DNA from: a virus | Taxonomy: Duplodnaviria; Heunggongvirae; Uroviricota; Caudoviricetes | Strand: one strand, 5' to 3' | Virus record (IMG/VR): IMGVR_UViG_3300048904_000041 | Location: 37,544-101,543 of that record | Length of the DNA: 64,000 bases | Part shown: piece after piece, positions 8,475 through 18,177 of the stretch | Numbering within the stretch: the first letter of the stretch is position 1 | Layout of the letters: each line of letters begins with the position of its first letter | Notes under the pieces: generated by a model | What the model was told of the DNA's origin: nothing | Databases searched by the model: none | The model's input: the letters and a program-made list of their open reading frames with translations, nothing else | Position numbers and translations under genes: made by a program

Positions 8475-8719
8475 CTAAGGATTGCTGCATCGAGAGCATT
8501 GCACCAGTTAGTACCGGTTGCATATATATCGGCTGTTTCCATATCCCATACAAATGAATGTTGAGGCATTACCCGTGTATGGATAGTAAACCGACCATCA
8601 AGTGTACAAAGAAACTCAATCCGATGTCTATCGTCGATCATCATTGTCATCCCACTCTTCGTCAAGTTCAGGCTCATATTGTCGCTCACGTTCAGCGATG
8701 TCGTCAAGGTATTTATCAC
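8459..8719 (-). CDS. hypothetical protein
   Basis: 86-aa ORF. Confidence 0.4.
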   Translation of the reverse strand: MINTLTTSLNVSDNMSLNLTKSGMTMMIDDRHRIEFLCTLDGRFTIHTRVMPQHSFVWDMETADIYATGTNWCNALDAAILRWREE

Positions 8720-8775
8720 GCTTGTCTGGCACTACTGACGGACGGTTGTAGTTGTGCATGTTCTTAGCTACCCAA

Positions 8776-8967
8776 TTACCCTTCATGATATTCCCCTAAA
8801 TTGTATTCTTTCTTTACAGAATCCCAAAGCTCACGTTTGTTATCTAAACTACCTTGAGCAATAACCGTGCTGCACCCACCGTCACAACCTTGTGTTTCGC
8901 TAACTTTTGTGTGATTCAGAAGTAATGCTAGATCACCATTCTTGAAAATCACCCAACTGGTGGTCAT
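8776..8967 (-). CDS. hypothetical protein
   Basis: 63-aa ORF. Confidence 0.35.
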   Translation of the reverse strand: MTTSWVIFKNGDLALLLNHTKVSETQGCDGGCSTVIAQGSLDNKRELWDSVKKEYNLGEYHEG

Positions 8968-8997
8968 TTGTGCTTCTCCACAAGTTCAAGCATTTCA

Positions 8998-9354
8998 TCA
9001 AGCAGCATCAAATACTTCTCCTTCTTCAAGTTCAAGTTGAAGCTTACGAGACGCAATCTCACCAGCTTGGAGTCGATTGAATTCGACCATATGGTGACGC
9101 ATCTTTTGTAGTTCGTCAATCCATTTATCGAGTTTTTGCAACCGCTTTTCGAAATCACCTTTCTTCCGGCAGTCGAAGTCAATGACTGCACTGTCATGGC
9201 AGTCAGAAATCTTGACACTGGCGGTCATCATATCACTACCTTTCTTAATCTGATACGCATAGATATCATCCGGGTGTGGTGTTTCAACAGTAACCACAAT
9301 GTTACCGGTTTCATGTGCGTGTTCGGTGAAGAATTGCTTGCTTACATAACGCAT
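8998..9354 (-). CDS. hypothetical protein
   Basis: 118-aa ORF (preferred over overlapping 8964..9218 frame). Confidence 0.45.
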   Translation of the reverse strand: MRYVSKQFFTEHAHETGNIVVTVETPHPDDIYAYQIKKGSDMMTASVKISDCHDSAVIDFDCRKKGDFEKRLQKLDKWIDELQKMRHHMVEFNRLQAGEIASRKLQLELEEGEVFDAA

Positions 9355-9500
9355 TTGTTAAGCTCCAAGTTGTTCAATAATAGAAAATACCATGATACTA
9401 GTCAATATGATTTCTGCCAACCCAATCATCATTGATCCGACATATACATCTTGGTCGATCTTACCAGTGTAACGCAGAAAGGTACTGCTCAGCAAGGTAA

Positions 9501-9698
9501 TCATTTCTCTTCTCCCGGTTGAATCCCATCACGTTCGTATTGACGTAGATTTCTCAGGAATCCCTCGGCATTGTATTTGAGGTGGCTTGAGTAGAGGTAC
9601 TTACCTACACTCCCATCGATATCTTTCATGTCCTCAACGTACCAGCAGGGCTTCCCTTTGCGACCTCGATTGGTCATCTGATAGCGACTCTTGTTCAC
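9501..9698 (-). CDS. hypothetical protein
   Basis: 65-aa ORF with GGAG RBS, downstream of promoter at 9731-9757. Confidence 0.45.
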   Translation of the reverse strand: MNKSRYQMTNRGRKGKPCWYVEDMKDIDGSVGKYLYSSHLKYNAEGFLRNLRQYERDGIQPGEEK

Positions 9699-9730
9699 GG
9701 TGTGGCTCCTGTGTTTGATGTGGTAATGAT

Positions 9731-9757
9731 ACCAGCTTTTGGCAGGGTGTCAACATT
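9731..9757 (-). promoter_or_regulatory. sigma70-type promoter (TTGACA-16-TATCAT)
   Basis: GTCAACATTTATTTTAGG motif copy. Confidence 0.45.
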
Positions 9758-9771
9758 TATTTTAGGCAAAA

Positions 9772-9794
9772 GAAAACCCCGCCGAAGCGGGGTT
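9772..9794 (-). terminator. rho-independent terminator (CCCCGC-CGAA-GCGGGG)
   Basis: hairpin followed by T-run on minus strand. Confidence 0.6.
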
Positions 9795-9799
9795 GTGGG

Positions 9800-11086
9800 T
9801 TACCGAAGCTCATACCATCGTGTGAGTGTACGAGTACCAAGAGAAGAACCTTTCAAGCGATACTCCCAACCTTGCGGAACGGTCACGTTACAAACGGTTG
9901 AAACAGTAGGGCCATTGGTTGTGCTACTTACAGTCGTTCCAAAAAATGAAAAGATTGTACCTGATGAGTTTTGACGGGCTTCAATCAAGACATATGCACC
10001 ACTGTTCTCAGCGCTTGTCGCGATATAAATATCAGTCTCTACATCTGATGGTGTCGCATACCAAACATCCTTAACATTGGTAGCTAATAGGTCGTGCCAA
10101 GTTCTTTGTCTGCGTGGTAGGAACGTTGGTAGATTGGCTACAGGTACTCTAGAACTTGAGTCTAAAGGTGCAACACCATTAGCCGCATTCTTTTGGTTGA
10201 GTGGAATAAAGGTTGAGTCAGCATACGTCTTGGCTGCTGCCTGTGCAGCTGTAGCCTTCGTCTGAGAACCCGTGGTTGTTTCCTTAGCGTCCCATGTTGA
10301 AATCTGCGTTGGAGTCAACCATTTACGGTTTGTACCTTCCGTAACCAAATCAGCAGTATAATCACCCAATGCTGGGGAAACAGCACCAGATCGTCCGTTG
10401 AATGACGTGATTTTGGTGGCACTTGCCGCTGTAGTCCATTGTGTGATTTGATCGGATGTGACAAATCGTTTATCTAAAATCTCAGTAATCTGACCAGTAT
10501 TGTAATCACCAGACATAGGCCCAATATTACCAGTTCGACCGTTAAACGATGCTACACCAATACCTTGAGCATTACCAAGCTTAGACCAATTGTTGCTGAT
10601 TGCTGGGTCTGCATTAGCATCCAGTCCCCAAGCATCACCTGTGTCACTCTGATAGGCGATTGTGAGGTCAGCATAGACAGGGAGGGCAAACCGTGAGGCT
10701 TGGTTGGCTACGTTCACCTTGCGACCTACAGGGAACTGAGGTAGCTGTTCATACGGGACTTTACCATTGACCAACCCAGCCTTGGTCAACAGCGAAGCTT
10801 CTGCTGCTGTAATCCGACCATCTTGAGCTGTATCTGTTGCTTTCAATTCTGAAATCTGTGTAGAATAGTCTACCGTATCTTTGTTCTCAAGTGTTACAAC
10901 CCGCTGGTCAATTTGAACAATGGTTGAATCCTGAGATGCGTCCTTGGCCTGTAGCTCCTGAATTTGAGAGCTATAGTCAGTTCCACCGGGTGGCAATAGA
11001 ACGTTGTCGAACATTCCAGATTCAACAGTTCCCAAAAGGCCAACTGTACGGAGTGCTGCTGTTAGTTCGGATCTTGTAATATCCAT
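9800..11086 (-). CDS. tail-fibre-repeat protein (SFNGRTG / Phage_fiber_2-like repeats) located in early region
   Basis: repeats ASFNGRTGNIGPMSGDY, TSFNGRSGAVSPALGDY; start moved to MDITRSEL (AAGGAAAT RBS). Confidence 0.6.
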   Translation of the reverse strand: MDITRSELTAALRTVGLLGTVESGMFDNVLLPPGGTDYSSQIQELQAKDASQDSTIVQIDQRVVTLENKDTVDYSTQISELKATDTAQDGRITAAEASLLTKAGLVNGKVPYEQLPQFPVGRKVNVANQASRFALPVYADLTIAYQSDTGDAWGLDANADPAISNNWSKLGNAQGIGVASFNGRTGNIGPMSGDYNTGQITEILDKRFVTSDQITQWTTAASATKITSFNGRSGAVSPALGDYTADLVTEGTNRKWLTPTQISTWDAKETTTGSQTKATAAQAAAKTYADSTFIPLNQKNAANGVAPLDSSSRVPVANLPTFLPRRQRTWHDLLATNVKDVWYATPSDVETDIYIATSAENSGAYVLIEARQNSSGTIFSFFGTTVSSTTNGPTVSTVCNVTVPQGWEYRLKGSSLGTRTLTRWYELR

Positions 11087-11164
11087 GATATTTCCTTTTA
11101 TTAGACATGATTCGAATCTAAAGTATAGCACCATTTGTCGAAAATGTAAATAGAAGTGAAAAGA

Positions 11165-11184
11165 AAACCCGCCGAAGCGGGTTT
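11165..11184 (-). terminator. rho-independent terminator (ACCCGC-CGAA-GCGGGT)
   Basis: same hairpin family. Confidence 0.6.
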
Positions 11185-11195
11185 CTGTGGTGCGA

Positions 11196-11474
11196 TTACA
11201 GCGTCTGTGAAAGCTCCCATAGGCGATTGCCTATCTGGTCACCGTAAACGTCTTCAATCTCATCGTAGAGGTTGTGAGGTAAGAAATACCATCGTTCATC
11301 AACCAACACTCGACAGTAAACAACCTGCCATTCGATGTCGGTAAAATCACCACCCAGTGTGAGACCTTTAACCGCGAGAGTGGATGTGTTTTCCACTCCC
11401 ACGATAAGGTCAAACTCAGAGGGTAAGAAGCTGGCCTTGATATTGTTAAGCTCCACTTCATACGACTCGTTCAT
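11196..11474 (-). CDS. hypothetical protein
   Basis: 92-aa ORF. Confidence 0.45.
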   Translation of the reverse strand: MNESYEVELNNIKASFLPSEFDLIVGVENTSTLAVKGLTLGGDFTDIEWQVVYCRVLVDERWYFLPHNLYDEIEDVYGDQIGNRLWELSQTL

Positions 11475-11483
11475 TTGGCTCTC

Positions 11484-11690
11484 CTAGTTTACTCTACGAA
11501 TAGTCCGGTACGCCTCAGTCAGAGTTGATTTAACTCGCTCTTTGCCATCGGCACGCAGGACACGGTATTTCCCACGACCTGCTTTGATGATGATCCCGAG
11601 CGATGTTTCACCGTCCTGTGTGTAGACATGACGAATGTCACTACCTACGTTTTCACTCAGACGTACAAGCACTTTGTTGGATTTGCTCAT
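11484..11690 (-). CDS. small hypothetical protein, possibly S1/IF1-like OB fold
   Basis: 68 aa; weak resemblance to IF1 pattern. Confidence 0.35.
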   Translation of the reverse strand: MSKSNKVLVRLSENVGSDIRHVYTQDGETSLGIIIKAGRGKYRVLRADGKERVKSTLTEAYRTIRRVN

Positions 11691-11811
11691 TTTACACCAC
11701 CAGATTCGAATTTAAGAAATTTCGCTTACGCTGGCTTCTTGCCTTCCCCCATCCAGTGAGATGAATACTAGACCCAACCCTTCCTGCTGTCCACTACCGT
11801 TCATCAGATGT

Positions 11812-11838
11812 GAAAAAGCCCCACCGTAAGGTAGGGCT
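11812..11838 (-). terminator. rho-independent terminator after nrdA (AGCCCTACC-TTAC-GGTGGGGCT + TTTTT)
   Basis: seen on minus strand. Confidence 0.6.
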
Positions 11839-11843
11839 CATTA

Positions 11844-13535
11844 TCACTGACAAGCTGCGCATTCACCATTTGAAGCTTGAACACCTGCTTGACCGTACGT
11901 GTAGTAGCAGCCGTGCATGTTTTCGTCTTCAACGATCATCCACATCACATCACTGATGTATTCCTCACCTAGGTCTGAGGACAGGAATAGGTTGAACGAC
12001 TGCCACTGACACAGCTCAGGCCCACGTTGTGACGCTTGACGAATTTGAGCGTATGGGTCAATCTCAAATCCAGTCTTGAACACTGCCTTGGCTTCGTCAG
12101 ACAACCAGTTAACACGCTGACAGCTACCCATTGCTTCACGAACCTCACGGATACGAGCTTTAGAGTAAAGACCTTCGCGTTTCAAGTATTCAAGGAACTC
12201 AGGGTTCACACGATCCACTTCACCAGCAGCAGTCCGTTGCGTTTTAACCAATCCGTCTTCGGTGTTGATACCTTCAGTGACACCTCCCATGATAAGTGCT
12301 GTAGACTTCGTTGGGGCAACGCTCAGTCGGTGTGTGTTGGCATAACCATAACCTTTACACCACTCAGGCTCACCATAAACGGAAGCAATCCACTGACTAG
12401 CACGCAACGATTCAGCATTCAAGTGCTTAAAGATTTCGACATTCAGGAATGTCGCCTGCAAGCTTTCAAAAGGAAGCATCTCACTCATGTACAAGGAATG
12501 CAGACCACACAGACCCAAACCAAGGGCACGACTCTTCTTTGTGAAACGTACAGCCTTCTCAAGACCTTTGATATTCTTTGCACGCTCAATGAATTCCTGA
12601 GCAACACAGTCGAGGAATACTGTTGCGATAAACACCGCATCGGTATGTTGCCACTCACGATACTTACGACCGTTCATCGAAGCAAGCACACAAGTATAAG
12701 TGTGTTCGATATCATTGAACAAGCTAATTTCGTTGCACAGTTGAGCAGCTTTGACATACAGACCATGATCCACATAGGTCTCAGGACGTGCACGATTCAC
12801 TTTATCAGGGAAGTACATGTAACCCTTACCTGTGACCATGCGAGTCTTGTTCAATTTCTGCCACCGGAAATCAGTTTCGACATCACCATCATTCACAAGC
12901 TGAGTGTCGCTATCATGCCAGTTCCAACCAATGTTCACACCATCATCGTGAGCAATCAGGTAGTCAACAACCTCATGGAAGTCACCGTGACTAACAGGAA
13001 GGTAAGCTGCAAATGCACCACGTCGGGTTGTGCCTTGGGCAACGTAGGTCATATCTGATTCCATACCTTCGATTACAGGAAGGACACCAGAAGACTTGCC
13101 ACCAATGGAAATCTTAGCACCACGTGGTCGAATATCACCGAGATAACCGGCTGTACCGAAACCATGCTTTGTCAACAGTGCCACTTCTCGCTTGGCTGCA
13201 TAAATCTCATCAATCGAGTCAGGGAAGTACACACCAGCACAGCTTACAGGAAGTCCACGTGTAGTACCGGTGTTGGACAGAATTGGTGTCGATGGTGACA
13301 ACCATCCTTTCCACATAATGTCAAAGAATTTCTCACACCATACAGCAGGATCAGGGGTGTGTGCTGAAAGTGTACGAGCAATTCGCATGTACTGCTCACG
13401 TGGTGTTGCTGCTTGATACAGATACTTCTCTTTAAACAACTGCCAAGAACCTGTAGACCAATGGGCAGGCATTTCGCCCGTCTCCTGCATCTGCTTGCGT
13501 TCTTTACTAAGGGTTTCGTAAGTTACTGCTGTCAT
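11844..13535 (-). CDS. nrdA: ribonucleotide reductase large (catalytic) subunit
   Basis: motifs SPSTPILSNTGT, VSCAGVY, QLCNEISLF (catalytic Cys-x-Glu). Confidence 0.8.
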   Translation of the reverse strand: MTAVTYETLSKERKQMQETGEMPAHWSTGSWQLFKEKYLYQAATPREQYMRIARTLSAHTPDPAVWCEKFFDIMWKGWLSPSTPILSNTGTTRGLPVSCAGVYFPDSIDEIYAAKREVALLTKHGFGTAGYLGDIRPRGAKISIGGKSSGVLPVIEGMESDMTYVAQGTTRRGAFAAYLPVSHGDFHEVVDYLIAHDDGVNIGWNWHDSDTQLVNDGDVETDFRWQKLNKTRMVTGKGYMYFPDKVNRARPETYVDHGLYVKAAQLCNEISLFNDIEHTYTCVLASMNGRKYREWQHTDAVFIATVFLDCVAQEFIERAKNIKGLEKAVRFTKKSRALGLGLCGLHSLYMSEMLPFESLQATFLNVEIFKHLNAESLRASQWIASVYGEPEWCKGYGYANTHRLSVAPTKSTALIMGGVTEGINTEDGLVKTQRTAAGEVDRVNPEFLEYLKREGLYSKARIREVREAMGSCQRVNWLSDEAKAVFKTGFEIDPYAQIRQASQRGPELCQWQSFNLFLSSDLGEEYISDVMWMIVEDENMHGCYYTYGQAGVQASNGECAACQ

Positions 13536-14545
13536 TCCGTTACCTCTTTATTACGTTTGATACGGCTGAAACCTTCAAGATTCCAATCACGTGAATATTG
13601 GTTACCCTTACTGTTAAAGAAGTCCTGCGAGCTATATCCAGTGATACCCTTATAGAACCATTCTTCAACAACTGTGTTCTTAACTTCAAACAATGGATCG
13701 TAACCCATGTTAGTCAAACACAAGTTGATACGATGCTTTGCAAACTCTTCAAGTTGATGTGATGTAATACCATCAATGGTACCTTTCTCAAAAATCTTAC
13801 CGATAATTACACGCTCATGTTCTAAAACCTTCTGTGCAGCGGCATAGATGTCGAGTTGTAATTTATCTTCATCTTCTTGCGTCCAAAAACCCGCTTCAAT
13901 CTTCTCTTTTTTCAGTGTACGAAACAACCATGCGGCTGCAATGCTATGAAGATGCTCATCACGTGCACTAAAATTGATACCCGATACTACGTTCACAAGC
14001 TTATTCTTTCCGCTTGACTGAAAGTGCTTCAAGTAAGCAAAGCTGGTGTACAGAATTGCACCTTCACCAAATGTGAATCCACCAAGGGCACGAAGGTCAT
14101 CAGCTTCATCAAGAGTATTAGTTAGGAAGTCAATCCGTGCCTTCAACTCAGGATCGTTAATGTACGCATTATAGAACTCAAAGGTTGCAAGACCCAGCAC
14201 TTCATTGAGCTTCTTGTAGAAGAACTGATGGATACCCAGTTCTACACCACCAAAGGTTGCTGCCATCGGTTGGATGTCAGCAGCACGTGGGAACTTCTTC
14301 ATTACGAAGTTGATCCAGAACTCGTTACCGATGATCCACTCATACTTGGTGAACAGACGGAGCGTGGTGATAACACCATGACGCTCCTGCTCAGTCAAGT
14401 TGACCATGAAATCTTGTTTATCCTTTTCAACCTTGACCTCGAAATGAGGCCAATAGATTGTTTGTTGCTGATTCATAAACTCAATGGCTTCAGGGTAATC
14501 AGAAATAAACCCTTCATCAACTGTTTGGATACGTGTCAAAGTCAT
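13532..14545 (-). CDS. nrdB: ribonucleotide reductase small subunit (R2, di-iron/tyrosyl radical)
   Basis: paired E..H motifs (VELGIHQFFY, ARDEHLHSIAAAW); ATGA-coupled upstream of nrdA. Confidence 0.75.
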   Translation of the reverse strand: MTLTRIQTVDEGFISDYPEAIEFMNQQQTIYWPHFEVKVEKDKQDFMVNLTEQERHGVITTLRLFTKYEWIIGNEFWINFVMKKFPRAADIQPMAATFGGVELGIHQFFYKKLNEVLGLATFEFYNAYINDPELKARIDFLTNTLDEADDLRALGGFTFGEGAILYTSFAYLKHFQSSGKNKLVNVVSGINFSARDEHLHSIAAAWLFRTLKKEKIEAGFWTQEDEDKLQLDIYAAAQKVLEHERVIIGKIFEKGTIDGITSHQLEEFAKHRINLCLTNMGYDPLFEVKNTVVEEWFYKGITGYSSQDFFNSKGNQYSRDWNLEGFSRIKRNKEVTE

Positions 14546-14778
14546 TAGATACCCACCGCATTACGAATCCATTGAATTTCACGTGGGGAACTACCAACAA
14601 TAACGTTGGCACCAACAATGGTAGTAGGAACTCCACGAATACCATGCTTCTGTGCTTCTGCCATATGGTCTGGGTTCATCACATCCATCTCAGTAAAAGA
14701 GATACCATTTTGTTTCAAGAGAGTTTTAACAGTTACGCAACCTGCGCAATTTTCCATACCAAATACAATAACACTCAT
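14545..14778 (-). CDS. glutaredoxin/NrdH-like redoxin
   Basis: 77 aa, CAGC active-site CxxC near N-terminus, adjacent to nrdB. Confidence 0.65.
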   Translation of the reverse strand: MSVIVFGMENCAGCVTVKTLLKQNGISFTEMDVMNPDHMAEAQKHGIRGVPTTIVGANVIVGSSPREIQWIRNAVGI

Positions 14779-15290
14779 ACCTTACCCTCATCAACCATAA
14801 TTACTGGGACTTCAAAGAAGCCTTGCTGTTCTGCTGCATTAATCATTACATCGAGCAATGGGCTATCTTCATTCAAACTTTCACGCATACCTGTAGCTCT
14901 GATACTACCTTCATTCTCGCTGACATTCCGAACGATATCAGATACAGCCATCATGTTGTTCATCCACCACTTGTCAGTACGTTCCTTAAAGTGTACATAC
15001 AGACCATAGTTCACATCGTTGTTAGTGCGATTTCGATGCATGACTACACGCGATGTGTAGCCATAGTTCAAGTCAGCACCCATCGATGTCAGCAGCTTCT
15101 CAAACTGCTTTTGATCCGGATGACCCATAAGGAACGGTTCATGCTCCGAATGTGGCTCAGACAACCACTCATTCTTCCAGAGAGGGTGAAGTTTCAAATC
15201 ACCCTGACCTAGATATTGATCGTGTTGACCAATCTTGTTCTTACTTTCTTCACGGGTATGAGTGGTCATCGAATAGCCTCCATTGCACAA
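14775..15290 (-). CDS. hypothetical protein
   Basis: 171-aa ORF coupled to glutaredoxin gene. Confidence 0.5.
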   Translation of the reverse strand: MCNGGYSMTTHTREESKNKIGQHDQYLGQGDLKLHPLWKNEWLSEPHSEHEPFLMGHPDQKQFEKLLTSMGADLNYGYTSRVVMHRNRTNNDVNYGLYVHFKERTDKWWMNNMMAVSDIVRNVSENEGSIRATGMRESLNEDSPLLDVMINAAEQQGFFEVPVIMVDEGKV

Positions 15291-15438
15291 TCATCAACAT
15301 CATTATAAACATCTTTCATGTCGAGTTGTTTTTCAAATTTACTAACTTGTTCTTTTGTGAATCCTGAAACTTCAAGTGAATCGTAAAATGCAAACCACGC
15401 TTCCTCAACTGCTTCTGTAACTTCTTTGTATCCCATGA

Positions 15439-16482
15439 TTAACCCCTTTTAACGTGGTTTGGAACCAGTTGACGATGTTGAATCCAACCCTTCAAGTTAC
15501 CCGAGCAAAGTTTACTATCTCGATCCATATGAGTAATACCTTCTTCCCAAGTGTATGGTTCCACGCAATTGATCTTTACAATCGCTGGTTTATCATCTTC
15601 AAGTGTTGTTTCCTGCATGTACCATTGTGCTTCCTGAATAGGTGTTGCTTGATGCTCCAGTGGACTTGCATGTACAGGTTGATCTGGTTCTTCACCTTGA
15701 AGATTCAAACGAGCTACAACACCACGCGCTTTCTCAATCGTGTCGTCAAGCTTACGGTAAGACACTTGTGCACAGCAACTTGCTGAGATGACCAGAGCGT
15801 GTTCAAGACTGTGACCGAACGAATCAACAGATACCCAAGTTTCAAGATCAGAAGATTCTTTACGAGACGGCTTCCAGTAACCGCTATTGTAGTAAGGAAC
15901 GTGCCATTCACCCGGCTGCAATACCGTTGGTTCACTTGCCTCATAAGCTTTCTTGATTACACGCGCAAGAGCAGCAATAGTTGGGTCAGCAGCATCATGG
16001 TCACGAAGCCAGAAGAAGTTGTTCAGCTCGGTAGCCGTCATTACAACTTTCATCATTTGCCATGGTTCAATCAGACGATTGCAAACTTGCTTGGCATAAC
16101 CTGCATTGTGGAATGCTTCAGCCATGTCGGCAGCAAGTAGTCCTGCCTTAGCCCACATTTCTTCAGCACTACCTGTTTCATGGTAAGTACCAAACTCGAA
16201 AGTGACGGGTTCACTATGTACACCCTTATCTTGCATACCAGAGTTTGCAGCACCGAAGCGAGCAAGGTAAGCAGGATTTTCACGAATCTGTTTCAACATC
16301 GTAGGAACCGGAATGGCTCGACTAGACGATGCGTTTTTGCTAAGTGCGTTGTGAGTATTGAATTCAGCCAAGATGGGCCGAGGAAATTCAAGTTCAAAGG
16401 TGACAATTTCTTTACGGTTTACAGACGAAATACTATGGGCGATTACTTTTGCACTTACGTGGAACATTTCCTCTCCTTTCAA
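15439..16482 (-). CDS. ThyX-like (flavin-dependent thymidylate synthase-like) protein, divergent
   Basis: FNTHNALSKNASSSRAIP resembles ThyX RHRxxSxNxxSxR signature but with substitutions; nucleotide-metabolism context. Confidence 0.35.
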   Translation of the reverse strand: MKGEEMFHVSAKVIAHSISSVNRKEIVTFELEFPRPILAEFNTHNALSKNASSSRAIPVPTMLKQIRENPAYLARFGAANSGMQDKGVHSEPVTFEFGTYHETGSAEEMWAKAGLLAADMAEAFHNAGYAKQVCNRLIEPWQMMKVVMTATELNNFFWLRDHDAADPTIAALARVIKKAYEASEPTVLQPGEWHVPYYNSGYWKPSRKESSDLETWVSVDSFGHSLEHALVISASCCAQVSYRKLDDTIEKARGVVARLNLQGEEPDQPVHASPLEHQATPIQEAQWYMQETTLEDDKPAIVKINCVEPYTWEEGITHMDRDSKLCSGNLKGWIQHRQLVPNHVKRG

Positions 16483-16525
16483 TAGTGTAGGGGAACATTA
16501 TAGCAGTGTTCCCCTTATTTGTCAA

Positions 16526-17113
16526 TCACTTACGAGACTTAATTTCTCGCAACATCTTCTCAAGTTGAGCCAGTACACCGAACGCCTCATGTGCCTTGTG
16601 AATCAACTTCGACTCTTCGTCGTTACAATCTTCAAACTCAAGACCTTCGACTTGCCGCTGAATAATCAGGTCTGTGCGGTGACGACTGGTCGCGGCTGCC
16701 AATTGTTGCTCCCAATTCGGGAGGTTCTGCCAGTCATGATCCTTGTAACCTTTCGCAGTCTGTGCCCATGTCATCACCTTAGCTACTTCACGCAGAGCCA
16801 ATGGGAACCCATCATCCACCAACTCAACACGAACTTTACCGACCTTACGGGTTTCAAGTTGAGGACGGAAAATACCTAGCTCACTAATTACTTCGGCTCT
16901 TGCTGAAACTTCTTCCGTAATCATGGTTACCTTCACGAAATCCGTAGGATGACGACGAATTGCTGTAATCTCGATTGTTAGTTCGTCATTGTTAACATAT
17001 CTAAAGCCATCTCGATCCTCAGTAACTTTGAGAATTGTGTCACTTGGCAGAGCCTCAAGCCAAATTTGTTTATCATTTACAACACGAACTGAATCACCAA
17101 CTTGAATTGCCAT
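16526..17113 (-). CDS. hypothetical protein
   Basis: 195-aa ORF. Confidence 0.5.
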   Translation of the reverse strand: MAIQVGDSVRVVNDKQIWLEALPSDTILKVTEDRDGFRYVNNDELTIEITAIRRHPTDFVKVTMITEEVSARAEVISELGIFRPQLETRKVGKVRVELVDDGFPLALREVAKVMTWAQTAKGYKDHDWQNLPNWEQQLAAATSRHRTDLIIQRQVEGLEFEDCNDEESKLIHKAHEAFGVLAQLEKMLREIKSRK

Positions 17114-17652
17114 TAACGCTTACCCCGCAGTGCTTTAGGAATGAATTGACGAAGATTTGGTTCACTGAATGTTAGCGGTTTCATGATCTTACCATCACTG
17201 GTACGTTTAAGGATGTACACACCCTTCTCACAGCTCTCCTGTACGACGATCTTGTCGTTTGTGCTGCGGCCTTTCACCTCAAGAGCTTCTGCACTTTTCT
17301 TCATCATTTCAAGGTCAGTGCTAAACTTGCTATTGTTCGAACGGCATACTTCAGCCCAAGCTGCATCAAGGTCAACACCGAGAGATTCAAGATAAACACC
17401 AATCTGGTCATTCACAAAACGGGTGTCAAGGAAGCCATCCAACATCTCTTGTACATCGCGAAGGATTGCACCATCTTGAATCTCTGTTGCCTCTTCAACT
17501 ACAAACTTTGATTGACGCTCAATGCGGTCGATAGTTCCTTCAACGTCACCTTTGATTGGTGCGTTCTGCATAATTTCGTTCCAACGCTTTACTTCAGGTG
17601 CGTACTTCTGGAAACCACGGATACCAATTACGATGTCTTGAATCTTAGCCAT
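17113..17652 (-). CDS. hypothetical protein, possibly MazG-like nucleotide pyrophosphohydrolase
   Basis: EEATEIQDG...EMLDGF resembles MazG EExxE motifs; weak. Confidence 0.3.
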   Translation of the reverse strand: MAKIQDIVIGIRGFQKYAPEVKRWNEIMQNAPIKGDVEGTIDRIERQSKFVVEEATEIQDGAILRDVQEMLDGFLDTRFVNDQIGVYLESLGVDLDAAWAEVCRSNNSKFSTDLEMMKKSAEALEVKGRSTNDKIVVQESCEKGVYILKRTSDGKIMKPLTFSEPNLRQFIPKALRGKR

Positions 17653-17663
17653 TTACTTTCTCC

Positions 17664-17927
17664 TTAAAACAATTCGATTTGACGCTCATTTACTTTCAGT
17701 CGTTTACCAAAGTTGGTATAAACGATCCACTCACAACCACTAAGACCATAAGGTTTAACAAGTTCACCACCTTCACCTTTTAAAGCGTGAACTGTGTAAC
17801 CGTCAACGATGTCATTTGTAAACTGAATACGTTGACCTGATCTTAGTTTTGTTGGTGCTTCATATGTCCGGCAGTATTCACAACACCAGTCATTCAAATA
17901 TTTGCAACCACTGCAACCTGCTCTCAT
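17664..17927 (-). CDS. Cys-rich small protein
   Basis: multiple CxxC (CSGCKYLNDWCCEYC); start trimmed so it is ATGA-coupled to upstream membrane ORF. Confidence 0.4.
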   Translation of the reverse strand: MRAGCSGCKYLNDWCCEYCRTYEAPTKLRSGQRIQFTNDIVDGYTVHALKGEGGELVKPYGLSGCEWIVYTNFGKRLKVNERQIELF

Positions 17928-18133
17928 GCTTTCACCTTTCGATTGTAGTAACGACGGATTGTGTAACCACGTGCAATGCTCCACACGGTGCACAGTATAG
18001 TCGTACTGGCAGCAATTGCAACCTCTTGTTCGAAAATCTTCAAGCAAATCATAGTGATAGCGAAGCTACCGAGCATTCCTGTGAAGGTGTTAGTCAACGT
18101 TTCCTTCAAGCTTTGTTTCTTACTTTGACTCAC
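17924..18133 (-). CDS. small membrane protein
   Basis: 69 aa, hydrophobic core. Confidence 0.4.
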   Translation of the reverse strand: MSQSKKQSLKETLTNTFTGMLGSFAITMICLKIFEQEVAIAASTTILCTVWSIARGYTIRRYYNRKVKA

Positions 18134-18177
18134 TTACTTTTCTCCAGATAAAAAGAAAGGGGCACAAGGCCCCGTAT

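Noticed and set aside
12036-13058. 340-aa plus-strand ORF
   Set aside because: Antisense to nrdA, which has clear catalytic motifs. This is a shadow ORF.
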